DNA from: an uncultured Actinomycetes bacterium
Lineage (GTDB): Bacteria > Actinomycetota > UBA4738 > CALAEC01
Assembly: GCA_937890785.1 (NCBI GenBank)
Contig: CALAEC010000080.1
Coordinates: 1-40,718 of the forward strand
Length of the DNA stretch: 40,718 nt
Direction of reading: 5' to 3'
Below, in pieces: positions 9,380 through 22,236 of the stretch. The first letter of the stretch is position 1; each line of letters opens with the position of its first letter. A program made the translations under genes and the position numbers. The notes below the pieces were generated by a model. That model made no database searches. It was not told the DNA's origin and was given only the letters and a program-made list of their open reading frames with translations.

Positions 9380-10402
9380 TCAGCCGAGCCGCTCGGCGAG
9401 GTACCGCAGCCCCAGCGGATAGCGGTACTCGATCGCCCCGTGGCCCGCATCGAAGATCTCGAAGAACACCTCGGTCACGCCGACCCCGTCCAGGGCCCGA
9501 CGGTACGCTTCGGCGCCGAGGTCGAGGAAGTACTCGTCGCGCTTCCCGGCGTCGATGTAGATGGCCCGCATCGAGCGGAGCGCCTCGGCGTGGTCCGGGA
9601 CCATGCGCACCGGGTCGAGGGCCAGCCACCGCTCCCACACCTCGGGGATCAGCCGGCCCGTGGCCGGGTCGTACGGCAACCGGACGGTGCCGTCGGGATC
9701 GGCCGAGTAGCACGCCGCCATGCACCAGTCGTTCATCAGATGGTCGTCCCACTCCTTCGAGAAGGCCGGCCGGCTCCGGAAGTCCTCCCAGAACCGCTGG
9801 TACGAACCCCCGTACTCGTCGCGGAGCACGCGTGCCGACCGCCGGAAGTCGGGGAGGTAGCACGCCTCGAAGAGGGCGTCGCCGGCGTGGGTGGCCAGAC
9901 CGCCGAACAGGTCTTCGCGCAGCATCGGCACGACCATGGCCCCGTAGCCGCCGCTGGACTTCCCGGCGATCCCGCGGTGGTCTCGCTCGGCCATCGTTCG
10001 GTATCGGGCGTCCACCCACGGGACCACCTCGTCGCACAGATAGGTCAGGTAGTTGCCGGTTCCGGGCGAGTCGAGGAACTGGCTGCCACCGAGCGAGGTC
10101 CAGCAGTCGACCCATACCACGATGCAGGGTGGGATCTCACCCGAAGCGATCCCGCGGTCGGCCAGCTCCGGGAAGGTGGGGCGCATCGGTGGCCGGTTCC
10201 GCCACATGTCGAGCTGGCCGGTGAGCCCCTGGATCATGTAGATGGTCGGGTAGCGCCGTTCGGCCTCCTCGTCGTAGTCGGGCGGGACATACACCCACAA
10301 CGGGCGGCGATGTGGGTCGCCGAGCGGGTTCCCGCGGAGCGCCTCGCTCTCCAGGACGTGTTCGTCGAACCGGCCGGCGGGCTCACGCGACCAGGGGTCC
10401 AT
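9380..10402 (-). CDS. esterase-family alpha/beta hydrolase (enterochelin-esterase / esterase D-like)
   Basis: VYVPPDYDEE..RYPTIYMIQGLTG, nucleophile elbow GKSSGGYGA, acid/His region near the C-terminus. Confidence 0.8.
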   Translation of the reverse strand: MDPWSREPAGRFDEHVLESEALRGNPLGDPHRRPLWVYVPPDYDEEAERRYPTIYMIQGLTGQLDMWRNRPPMRPTFPELADRGIASGEIPPCIVVWVDCWTSLGGSQFLDSPGTGNYLTYLCDEVVPWVDARYRTMAERDHRGIAGKSSGGYGAMVVPMLREDLFGGLATHAGDALFEACYLPDFRRSARVLRDEYGGSYQRFWEDFRSRPAFSKEWDDHLMNDWCMAACYSADPDGTVRLPYDPATGRLIPEVWERWLALDPVRMVPDHAEALRSMRAIYIDAGKRDEYFLDLGAEAYRRALDGVGVTEVFFEIFDAGHGAIEYRYPLGLRYLAERLG

Positions 10403-10414
10403 ATCGAACTCCTC

Positions 10415-10678
10415 TCAGCGTCGGGTCCGCCGCTCCCGCTGCCAGCACGCCGTGTGCCAGTGACGGCGGAGGCTCGGATCGTGGTTCGGGACCACGACGA
10501 GGTGCACGGTGCCGGGCCGGATCTCCTGGTCGCACCCCGGGCACCGGTAGGGGCGGTCACCGGTCACCTGGCGCACGGTGACGCCCTCGGCATGCGCCCA
10601 CGCCGGCGCGCTGCTTCCGGTCTGTCGAGGCGACGGCGGTCCGGCGCGTTCGCGAGCGGCACGGTGTCGTCGTGGCAC
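10415..10678 (-). CDS. conserved actinobacterial zinc-ribbon protein (family often mislabelled ATP/GTP-binding protein)
   Basis: (M)PRRHR... N-terminus and YRCPGCDQEIRPGTVHLVV...RRHWHTACW, as I recall for Streptomyces homologues. GTG start at 10678. Confidence 0.7.
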   Translation of the reverse strand: MPRRHRAARERAGPPSPRQTGSSAPAWAHAEGVTVRQVTGDRPYRCPGCDQEIRPGTVHLVVVPNHDPSLRRHWHTACWQRERRTRR

Positions 10679-10700
10679 CCGGCCATTATGCTGAGGCGCC

Positions 10701-11120
10701 GTGTCTCAGGAGAGCTCCCCCGATCTCGACGAGTTCCGGCATCGCGGTGACGGCCGGTTCCCCGGGGCGCTGGGCGTCGAGGTGGCCGAGGTCGAGCGGG
10801 GCCGGACCCGTATGCTCCTCCAGATCCGCGACCATCACCTCGCCCCCAACGGCTACCTGCACGCCGGTGTGGTGATGGGGCTGGCCGACACGGCATGCGG
10901 CTACGGCTGCGTGGCCAGCCTCCCCGACGGCGCGATCAACTTCGCCACGATCGAGGTCAAGACGAACTTCCTGGGCACGGCGCTCGAGGGGGAGCTCGAG
11001 TGCAAAGCCTGGCTGGTGCACGGGGGGCGGACCACCCAGGTCTGGGACGCCGAGGTCCGATCCGGCGACCTCAGGCTGGCGCTGTTCCGCTGCACCCAGC
11101 TGGTCCTGTACCCGCGCTGA
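10701..11120 (+). CDS. PaaI-family hotdog-fold thioesterase
   Basis: LGVEVAEVERGRTRMLLQIRDHHLAPNGYLHAGVVMGLADTACGYG and VHGGRTTQVWDAEV. Confidence 0.85.
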   Translation: MSQESSPDLDEFRHRGDGRFPGALGVEVAEVERGRTRMLLQIRDHHLAPNGYLHAGVVMGLADTACGYGCVASLPDGAINFATIEVKTNFLGTALEGELECKAWLVHGGRTTQVWDAEVRSGDLRLALFRCTQLVLYPR

Positions 11121-11142
11121 CTACAATTCGCGGAGCGAGGGA

Positions 11143-11162
11143 CGGAGGGCTCGGCTCCTCCG
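11143..11162 (+). terminator. candidate stem-loop after the thioesterase gene
   Basis: CGGAGG-gctcggct-CCTCCG, 23 nt after the stop. 6-bp stem with no clear U-tract. Confidence 0.25.
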
Positions 11163-11305
11163 ATTAGCTCGCCCGGTCGAAGCGCCTTCCCGATGTTGCC
11201 CCCCCGTCGATCAGGAGACTAGGCTGGGCTTGTCCGGTTGGACCGGGCTGGGAGAAACGCATCGATTCCGGAGCTTCGCTCGGGTCTCCCCCCCAGGAGG
11301 CCGTC

Positions 11306-11728
11306 GTGCCCCCGGTCCCCAAGCCGTCCCTGCTCCGACGGGCTTGGCTCGGCTGGGCCGTTGCGGGGACCCTGATCGCGGCGGCGGCCGGCCTGAGCTA
11401 TTGGCTGGTCACCAACACCGAGCGCCTGTCCGACGAGGTGCGCCAGCGTCGCGACGCAGTCGAGATCGCCGAGCGGCGGGTGACCCGTCTCCAGATCCGG
11501 ATTGCCGCGTTGACGGAGGATCAGCAGCAGGCTCGGAAGACCGCCCGGGAGTGCCTCCAGGCAGCGGAAGACGGCCGGGCGTACACGGAGCTTGTGGACG
11601 AGGCCTTCGGCCTAGTCCGAGCTCAGAGCTTCGACCGGGGGGAGGCCACGGCCGAGCGGGCGGACCGGTTCCGCCGGGACAGCAACCGGTCCCTCCGCCA
11701 GTGTCGAGGCACCTCGGCGGGGACCTGA
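11306..11728 (+). CDS. single-pass membrane coiled-coil protein with Cys-x49-Cys module, paralogue 1 of 3
   Basis: GTG start preceded by CCAGGAGG. Basic N-terminus, TM (WLGWAVAGTLIAAAAGLSYWLV), heptad-like charged segment, then C..(49 aa)..C (ARECLQ ... LRQCRG). Confidence 0.7.
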   Translation: MPPVPKPSLLRRAWLGWAVAGTLIAAAAGLSYWLVTNTERLSDEVRQRRDAVEIAERRVTRLQIRIAALTEDQQQARKTARECLQAAEDGRAYTELVDEAFGLVRAQSFDRGEATAERADRFRRDSNRSLRQCRGTSAGT

Positions 11729-11729
11729 C

Positions 11730-12128
11730 GTGCGCTTCCTCCGCAGACCGTTGGTCGCCTGGCTGGTGACCGGAGCGGTCATGGCCGGCGGCAGCGTCGC
11801 CGTGGCCGCCGCAACGGCGGACCGGACGCGAGTGGCAGGGGAACTCGAGGACGTCGAACTGCGGCTCGACATCCTGCGGGGCCGGATCGTGGAGATGGAG
11901 GCTCGGGAGTCAGGTCTGGAACAGGAGGTGGACCGGCTGTCCGATGGGATCGGCCGCTGCGTTTCGAGGATCGATCTCCGGGTCCAGGTGAACAACCGGT
12001 TGGCCCAGGACCTCAAGAGGGCCACGTTCACGAGTCTCTCGCAACTGGATCCGTACGTGGCCCGCGTCGAGCACCTGCACCGCCTCAGCCGTCAGGACCT
12101 GAGGGCCTGTGAGCAGGCGATCGGATGA
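11730..12128 (+). CDS. single-pass membrane coiled-coil protein with Cys-x49-Cys module, paralogue 2 of 3
   Basis: GTG 1 nt after the upstream stop (TGAcGTG). TM (LVAWLVTGAVMAGGSVAVAAA), coiled coil, and IGRCVS ... LRACEQ with identical 49-residue spacing. Confidence 0.7.
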   Translation: MRFLRRPLVAWLVTGAVMAGGSVAVAAATADRTRVAGELEDVELRLDILRGRIVEMEARESGLEQEVDRLSDGIGRCVSRIDLRVQVNNRLAQDLKRATFTSLSQLDPYVARVEHLHRLSRQDLRACEQAIG

Positions 12129-12670
12129 TCTTCGGCGCTCGGGGAGGAGGACCGGTGAGAGGAGAAGACGGAGAGAGCCGCGGAGACACGTCGGAGGTCA
12201 AGGCCCCGATCCCGGCCGCTGGGGCCGTCGGGCCGGTCAAGTCTCCACGACGTCCCCGGTCGCTCTTGGGGTGGCTCGTGGCAGCAGTAACTTGGGCCGT
12301 GGTGGCCTCGGTGGTAGCCGCGATCCTGTTCGCCGGGCGGGGAGACCTCAACGGCGAGGTCGAGCGGTTGCGGCAGGACGTTGCCACTCAGCGAGGGCGC
12401 CTCGACGTCAGGGGGGAGCAGCTCGAGGAGGCCGAGGGCGAGGCCGCCCGCCTCTCGGCGGAGATGGAGGAGTGCCGGGAGGCGAGCCGGGCCAGCCAGC
12501 GGGCCCTGCGTCTGTGGGAGGACTTCGTCATATCCGCAAGAGGTCGACAGGGGTTCGAGACGATCCGGGCGTTCATCCGGCTCCAAGACTTCCGGCGAGA
12601 GTGGGGCCGAACGGCCAAAGCGTGCGTCGGCGAGGGTGCAGAGGTGTTCTTCTCTACCGCCCCAGGATGA
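12125..12670 (+). CDS. single-pass membrane coiled-coil protein with Cys-x49-Cys module, paralogue 3 of 3 (longer cytoplasmic N-terminus)
   Basis: ATGA overlap with paralogue 2. TM (LLGWLVAAVTWAVVASVVAAILFA), coiled coil, and MEECRE ... AKACVG with identical 49-residue spacing. Confidence 0.7.
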   Translation: MIFGARGGGPVRGEDGESRGDTSEVKAPIPAAGAVGPVKSPRRPRSLLGWLVAAVTWAVVASVVAAILFAGRGDLNGEVERLRQDVATQRGRLDVRGEQLEEAEGEAARLSAEMEECREASRASQRALRLWEDFVISARGRQGFETIRAFIRLQDFRREWGRTAKACVGEGAEVFFSTAPG

Positions 12671-13298
12671 ACCGGGCCGCGGCCTCGCCGAGGGCCGTGC
12701 CGGTGCCCTCGTCGTCCCGTTTCTGACCTCGAACCCGGAACGAGTGGTCGCCGCCCTCGATGCGATGGAGCGTGGCCCGCTTTCCGAGGCGGCCCAGCAC
12801 TCCCTCGAGGAGGTCCCACCGGGCGAACGGGTCCGCGGTGCCCTGGAGCCACAGCATCGGGATGCGGATCCGTCCGAGGTGCTCGTCGCGGAGCCGGTCC
12901 GGCTTGCCCGGCGGATGGAGCGGGTACCCCACGAACACGAGGCCGGCCGCATCGAGGTCGCCATCGGCCACCATCATCGACGCGATCCGTCCGCCCATCG
13001 ACTTGCCGCCGGCCCAGACCGGTTCGCCGAGCTCGACGCCGCGAGCGAACGCCGCGGTCCAAGCCGTGCGAAGCAGCGGCTCCCGGTCGGGGCTTCGCCT
13101 CCCGGCCTCTGAGTAGAGGAAATTGAACCGGAGGCACGTCACGCCGGCCGCCGCCAGGCCGGCGGCGAACCCGTCGAGGAAGGGGTTGCGCAGGGTGCCG
13201 CCAGCGCCGTGGGCCAGGACCAGGATCGGCCCCCCACCGGAGCCGTCCTGGACGGCGGAGATCCGGCCGTGGTCCGTCTCGATGGCCCGGCTCGGCAT
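12654..13298 (-). CDS. alpha/beta hydrolase (COG3571 / dienelactone-hydrolase-like)
   Basis: ILVLAHGAGG, nucleophile elbow GGKSMGGRIAS, and LWLQGTADPFA...GGDHSF. Confidence 0.8.
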   Translation of the reverse strand: MPSRAIETDHGRISAVQDGSGGGPILVLAHGAGGTLRNPFLDGFAAGLAAAGVTCLRFNFLYSEAGRRSPDREPLLRTAWTAAFARGVELGEPVWAGGKSMGGRIASMMVADGDLDAAGLVFVGYPLHPPGKPDRLRDEHLGRIRIPMLWLQGTADPFARWDLLEGVLGRLGKRATLHRIEGGDHSFRVRGQKRDDEGTGTALGEAAARFILGR

Positions 13299-13310
13299 GG
13301 AGCCCCGAGC

Positions 13311-17445
<4,135 letters not shown>

Positions 17446-17760
17446 CTATTCGACGACGAGGTTCTCGACGTTGGCCTCGACTCCGGAGAGCTCCAGTAGG
17501 CGGCGGACCTGCTCGCTCGGCCGCACGACTCGAAGGGTGCCCGATCGTCCAAGGCCCATGCACGCCTGGATCAGCGCTCGGACGCCGCCGCTGTCCATGA
17601 ACGTCACCCCCGAGAGATCGAGGGTGATGTCACCCGGCGTGCGGCACAGCTCGTCGAGGAGCTCGGGCAGGCTGCCGGCGGAGGGGACCCCGAACGACCC
17701 GGAGACCCGGTAGGCCCGGGGCCGGTCGAGCGGCTCGATGACGAACGGGACCTCGGCCAC
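17446..17760 (-). CDS. STAS-domain anti-sigma-factor antagonist
   Basis: ITLDLSGVTFMDSGGVRALI carries the conserved phosphorylatable Ser in the DSxG context. Also RVVRPSEQVRRLLELSG. GTG start 9 nt after the ku stop. Confidence 0.8.
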   Translation of the reverse strand: MAEVPFVIEPLDRPRAYRVSGSFGVPSAGSLPELLDELCRTPGDITLDLSGVTFMDSGGVRALIQACMGLGRSGTLRVVRPSEQVRRLLELSGVEANVENLVVE

Positions 17761-17769
17761 CAGGGATAC

Positions 17770-18588
17770 CTACGACGCGGCGGCCTTGCGGCGCCGGGCC
17801 TGCGTCTTCTTCTTCGGGGGCGCCTTCTTGGTCTGTTCGACGCTCTGCTTCAGGGCTTCCATGAGGTCGACGACCTTCGACGGTTCCGGGGCCTCGATGA
17901 CCTCGATCTCCTCGCCGGCCACCTTCTTCTCCACGATCTCGAGCAGCGCCTCGCGGTACTCGTCGCGGTACGCCGTCGGGTCGAACGACTCGCTGAGATT
18001 CTCGATGAGGCTCTCGGCCATCTGGAGCTCACGGTCGGAGACCTTGACTTCCTTCTCCAGGCCCGGGAGGTCGGCCTCGCGGATCTCGTCCGGCCAGAAC
18101 ATCGTGTCGAGCACCAGCACGTCGTCCATCAGCCGCACCGCGGCCAGGTGCTCCTTGTCGCGGAAGGAGACCTTGGCGATGCCGACCTTGTCGCCCTCGC
18201 GCAGGGAGTCGCGCAGGAGCTGATAGGCCTTGACCCCGGCCTCTTCCGGCCCGAGGTAGTACGTCTTCTTGTAGTAGATCGGGTCGATCTCGGAGCGGTC
18301 GACGAACTGAGCGATGTCGATCGTCCGGGTCGACTCGACGGGCACCGCCTCGAAGTCCTCGTCGTCGAGGATCACGTACCGGTCCTTCTCGTACTCGTAC
18401 CCCTTGACGATCTCGTCGAACGGGACCTCCTGGCCGTCCGTCGAGCAGACCCGCTGGTACTTGATCCTGCCGTGGTCCTTCTCGTGCAGCTGGTTGAACC
18501 GCAGGGTCTTCTCCTCCGTGGCCGTGTACACGCGGACCGGGATCGACACCAGGCCGAAGGAGATGGCGCCCCTCCACATCGTCTTCAT
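17770..18588 (-). CDS. ku: non-homologous end-joining protein Ku
   Basis: MWRGAISFGLVSIPVRVYTAT...LRFNQLH...I.YQRVC, plus the Lys-rich C-terminal tail typical of bacterial Ku. Confidence 0.95.
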   Translation of the reverse strand: MKTMWRGAISFGLVSIPVRVYTATEEKTLRFNQLHEKDHGRIKYQRVCSTDGQEVPFDEIVKGYEYEKDRYVILDDEDFEAVPVESTRTIDIAQFVDRSEIDPIYYKKTYYLGPEEAGVKAYQLLRDSLREGDKVGIAKVSFRDKEHLAAVRLMDDVLVLDTMFWPDEIREADLPGLEKEVKVSDRELQMAESLIENLSESFDPTAYRDEYREALLEIVEKKVAGEEIEVIEAPEPSKVVDLMEALKQSVEQTKKAPPKKKTQARRRKAAAS

Positions 18589-18668
18589 GGGAACCTCCAG
18601 AGCCGGTCGGAGCCTCGATTGTATCGCTGGGGGGACGCGAAGCCCCCCGAACTCGATACCCTCGGCCC

Positions 18669-21251
18669 ATGCCGTCCAAGCGCCGCCGGGGCCCCGCCTT
18701 CACCATCGAGACGCCCCAGCCGCTCCCCGCCGAGCGCGACGGCGAGCACTGGTGGATGGAGGTCGACGGCCGGCGACTCAGGCTGACCAACCTGGACAAG
18801 GTGTTCTGGCCGCAGGAGGGCTACACCAAGGGCGACCTGCTTGCCTACTACTGGAACGTCCGGGACCTGATCCTCCCCTACCTCCGGGACCGTCCCCTCA
18901 CCCGCAAGCGCATGCCCGACGGGATCGAGGGGCCGTACTTCTACGAGAAGAACGCGCCCGCGCACACCCCCGACTGGATGCCCCGCTGCCGGGTGGAGAG
19001 CGAGGAGGACGAGGCCCGGACGGGGTTCAACGACTTCCTGGTGGCCAACGAGCCGGCCGACCTCCTGTTCGTGGTCAGCACCGGAGCGATCGAGTTCCAT
19101 CCGCTCCACGCCCGCTGCGAGTCGATCGACCACCCTGACTACCTCTTCTTCGACCTCGACCCGATGGGCCAGGCCAGCTTCGAGGACGTCCTGGTGGTGG
19201 CCCGGCACATCCACGTGGCCCTGGAGCACCTCGGGCTGCCGGCCTATGCCAAGACCTCGGGTGCCACCGGCGTGCAGATCTACGTGGGGGTGGACCCGAG
19301 ACCGACCCACGACGAGGTTCGGGCGTTCGTCGGAGCGATCGGCCAGGCGGTCCGGGGGGTCGATCCCGACCGGGTCACCATGGAGTACCAGGTCAGCAAG
19401 CGTGGCGACAAGGTGTTCATCGACCACAACATGAACCGCCGGGGCGCGAACATCTCGGCGGTGTACTGCGTGCGCCCCGAGCCGGGGGCCACGGTGTCCA
19501 CGCCCCTGTCGTGGGAGGAGGTCGATGCGGGCCAGGTCCGGCCGCAGGACTTCACCCTGGCCAACGCCCACCAGCGGTTCGCGGAGGTGGGCGACCTCTT
19601 CGACGGGATGCTGACCAGCCCCGCCGACCCCCGCCCCGCCTTCGAGGCGTTGGGCATCCAGGTGACCGACCCGTCTCCGGTCGATCGGGCCAGCGGCGGG
19701 AACGGAACGGCAGCGGGCGGCGGCGGAGGGGCGACTGTGACGAGCTTGCCGCGGACGAGGAAGCGGTCAGAAGGTAGCGAGCGAGGAACCGGAACGACGA
19801 AGGTGTCTGAGGCCGCCGATCAGCGCGACGAGAAGCTGGCCGAGTACGAGCGGAAACGGCGGTTCGACGTCACGCCCGAGCCACCGCCCGAGGTGCGACC
19901 CGGGAACGACGAATTGTTCGTGATCCAGAAGCACGACGCCACCCGCCTGCACTACGACCTCCGGCTGGAGCACGACGGCGTGCTGGCGTCCTGGGCCGTG
20001 CCGCGGGGCCTGCCGACGAACACCGACGACAAGCGCCTGGCCGTGCACACCGAGGATCACCCGATCGAGTACGGCAGCTTCGAGGGATGGATCCCCGAGG
20101 GACAGTACGGCGCCGGGGAGGTCCGGATCTTCGACCGGGGGCGGTACGAATCCCTGGAGTGGAAGGACGACAAGGTCACGTTCCGGCTGGAGGGCCGGCG
20201 ACATCGCGGCGAATACCACCTCGTGAAGACCAGCACCGACTGGCTGGTGTTCCTGTCGAAGCGTTCGGCCGGCGAGCAGCCCGATCCGCCCCCGATGTTC
20301 GCGCCGATGCTGGCCGAGGGCGGCCACCGCCCGTTCGACGACGACGGCTGGCGGTTCGAGCCGAAGCTCGACGGGATCCGAACGCTGGCCTACGTGGCCA
20401 CCGACGGGACCCGGCTGGTCTCGCGGACCGGACGGGACCAGACTGCTATCTACCCCGAGCTCGACAACCTGGCCCGGTTCGTCAACGCCCTCCACGCCGT
20501 GATCGACGGCGAGATCGTGGCCGCCGACGAACGAGGTCGGCCGTCGTTCGAGCGGCTCCAGCAGCGGATGAACCTGTCGGCCCCCAAGGACATCGAGAAG
20601 GCCCGCCGCAAGGTCCCCGTGGTGCTGTTCGCCTTCGACCTGCTGTGGCTCGACGGGCGCGACCTGAGCCGCGAGCCCCTCGAGGAGCGGCGGCGGCTGC
20701 TCGAGGACGTCGTCACCGTCACGGGCTCGATTGCCACGACGTTCGTGGTGGACGGCGAGGGCACCTCGTTCTTCGAGTCGGCGAAACAGCTCGGGTTCGA
20801 GGGGATCGTGGCCAAGCGCCTGGGGAGCCCGTACGTCCCCGGCAGGCGGACCAAGGACTGGCGCAAGATCAAGGCCACCAACCAGCAGGACTGCCTGGTC
20901 CTGGGGTGGACGCCGGGGACCGGGTCGCGCGGGGCCACGTTCGGCGCGCTCCTGCTCGGCGCGTATCGTGACGGTGAGCTGATCTGGATCGGCCAGGTCG
21001 GGACCGGGTTCACCGATGGCATCCTGCGCGACCTCCTCAAGCGGCTGAGCGACCTGGAGCAGTCCGAGCCGCCGATCCACGACCCCGAGCTGGCGGCGGT
21101 GAAAGGGGCCCGGTGGGTCCGTCCCGAGCTCGTGTGCGAGGTCGAGTACCTCGAGATGACCCGGGTGGGGAAGCTCCGGGCGCCCTCGTTCAAGGGACTC
21201 CGCCCGGACAAGGCCCCGGCCGACTGCGTCCTCGAGCCCCCGGTCGGCTGA
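18669..21251 (+). CDS. ligD: multifunctional NHEJ ligase LigD (polymerase/primase - 3'-phosphoesterase - ATP-dependent ligase)
   Basis: Pol domain (RLTNLDKVFWPQEGYTKGDLLAYY, SGATGVQIYV). Gly-rich linker. PE domain (FVIQKHDATRLHYDLRLE...SWAVPRG). Ligase domain (FEPKLDGIR adenylation Lys, EGIVAKR). The domain order matches that of M. tuberculosis LigD. Divergent from ku. Confidence 0.95.
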   Translation: MPSKRRRGPAFTIETPQPLPAERDGEHWWMEVDGRRLRLTNLDKVFWPQEGYTKGDLLAYYWNVRDLILPYLRDRPLTRKRMPDGIEGPYFYEKNAPAHTPDWMPRCRVESEEDEARTGFNDFLVANEPADLLFVVSTGAIEFHPLHARCESIDHPDYLFFDLDPMGQASFEDVLVVARHIHVALEHLGLPAYAKTSGATGVQIYVGVDPRPTHDEVRAFVGAIGQAVRGVDPDRVTMEYQVSKRGDKVFIDHNMNRRGANISAVYCVRPEPGATVSTPLSWEEVDAGQVRPQDFTLANAHQRFAEVGDLFDGMLTSPADPRPAFEALGIQVTDPSPVDRASGGNGTAAGGGGGATVTSLPRTRKRSEGSERGTGTTKVSEAADQRDEKLAEYERKRRFDVTPEPPPEVRPGNDELFVIQKHDATRLHYDLRLEHDGVLASWAVPRGLPTNTDDKRLAVHTEDHPIEYGSFEGWIPEGQYGAGEVRIFDRGRYESLEWKDDKVTFRLEGRRHRGEYHLVKTSTDWLVFLSKRSAGEQPDPPPMFAPMLAEGGHRPFDDDGWRFEPKLDGIRTLAYVATDGTRLVSRTGRDQTAIYPELDNLARFVNALHAVIDGEIVAADERGRPSFERLQQRMNLSAPKDIEKARRKVPVVLFAFDLLWLDGRDLSREPLEERRRLLEDVVTVTGSIATTFVVDGEGTSFFESAKQLGFEGIVAKRLGSPYVPGRRTKDWRKIKATNQQDCLVLGWTPGTGSRGATFGALLLGAYRDGELIWIGQVGTGFTDGILRDLLKRLSDLEQSEPPIHDPELAAVKGARWVRPELVCEVEYLEMTRVGKLRAPSFKGLRPDKAPADCVLEPPVG

Positions 21252-21287
21252 GCGCCGGCACGGCAACCGGCTCGATCCGGTCGAAGC

Positions 21288-22193
21288 TTGCATCTCGAGC
21301 CGAAGCCGGTATCCTTCCGCGCCGTCGTGCGGCTACCCGGCCACCGAACCCGGAGGGGTGCCCTCGGGCTCGCCCTCGCCTGCGCCGTCGTCCTGGCGAT
21401 GCCCCGCCCGGGCTCGGCCGCCCCGACCCGGCTGGCTCCGTACCAGGGGGTGGGAGCGTGGATCGACATCTACGACGACCACGCCTGGAACCACCCGGTC
21501 AAAACGATGGAGAACCTCCGCCGCCGGGGCGTCCGGACGATCTACCTCCAGACGTGCCACTTCAACTGCGACGACGCCGTGTACCGGCCGACTCGGATGG
21601 CCCAGCTCCTCCGGGCCGCTCACCGGCAGGGCATCAGGGTGGTGTCCTGGTACCTCCCGGGGTTCCTCCGGCCGAAGCGGGACCTCCAGCGGTCGCTCGC
21701 GGCGATCCGGTTCCTCACCCGCGACGGCCACCGGTTCGACTCCTTCGCCCTCGACATCGAGGCGACGGAGGTCCGCGTGGCCGTCCGGAACCGCCGGCTG
21801 GTGGCCATGTCCCGACGGCTTCGCGAGGCCGTGGGGCGCCGCTACGGGCTCGGCGCGATCACGCCGCCGTGGTTCTTCTCGTGGCGTCCGTTCCCCTACC
21901 GGGCGCTCGCCCACCACTACGACGTGTTCCTGCCGATGAACTACTTCACGGTTCGAGGCGGGGGGCCGGCGGTGGCCCGCAGCCACACCCGTCGGAACAT
22001 CCGGCTGATCCGCCGGGCGACCGGAGACCCCTCCTTCCCGATCCACGACATCGGGGGCCTGGCCGAGGACCTCGGCGGCCGGGAGGTTCGGGCGGTGGTC
22101 CGCACCGATCAGCGGCACGGCGTGCTGGGGACCAGTCTGTACGACGCGTTCACCTCAGGCCCCAAGGCCTGGCGCCAGCTCCGGATGCACTGA
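21288..22193 (+). CDS. secreted protein of unknown function, paralogue A (possible glycoside-hydrolase-like barrel)
   Basis: Signal peptide with a possible twin-Arg (HRTRRGALGLALACAVVLA...AAP). Conserved blocks shared with the next gene. Alternative start GTG 21327. Confidence 0.65.
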   Translation: MHLEPKPVSFRAVVRLPGHRTRRGALGLALACAVVLAMPRPGSAAPTRLAPYQGVGAWIDIYDDHAWNHPVKTMENLRRRGVRTIYLQTCHFNCDDAVYRPTRMAQLLRAAHRQGIRVVSWYLPGFLRPKRDLQRSLAAIRFLTRDGHRFDSFALDIEATEVRVAVRNRRLVAMSRRLREAVGRRYGLGAITPPWFFSWRPFPYRALAHHYDVFLPMNYFTVRGGGPAVARSHTRRNIRLIRRATGDPSFPIHDIGGLAEDLGGREVRAVVRTDQRHGVLGTSLYDAFTSGPKAWRQLRMH

Positions 22194-22236
22194 GGCCGGC
22201 GGACATTCCGGGCCCGACCCGATAGCATCGTCCGGC

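Noticed and set aside
9132-10402. Searched for a RES or ParT toxin partner of the DUF2384-like protein, and around 5753..6263 for a HicA partner of the HicB-like protein.
   Set aside because: No ORF of suitable size or motif exists on either side. The neighbours are an esterase, the radical SAM gene, a methyltransferase and an SCP2 protein. These loci are therefore not called toxin-antitoxin systems.
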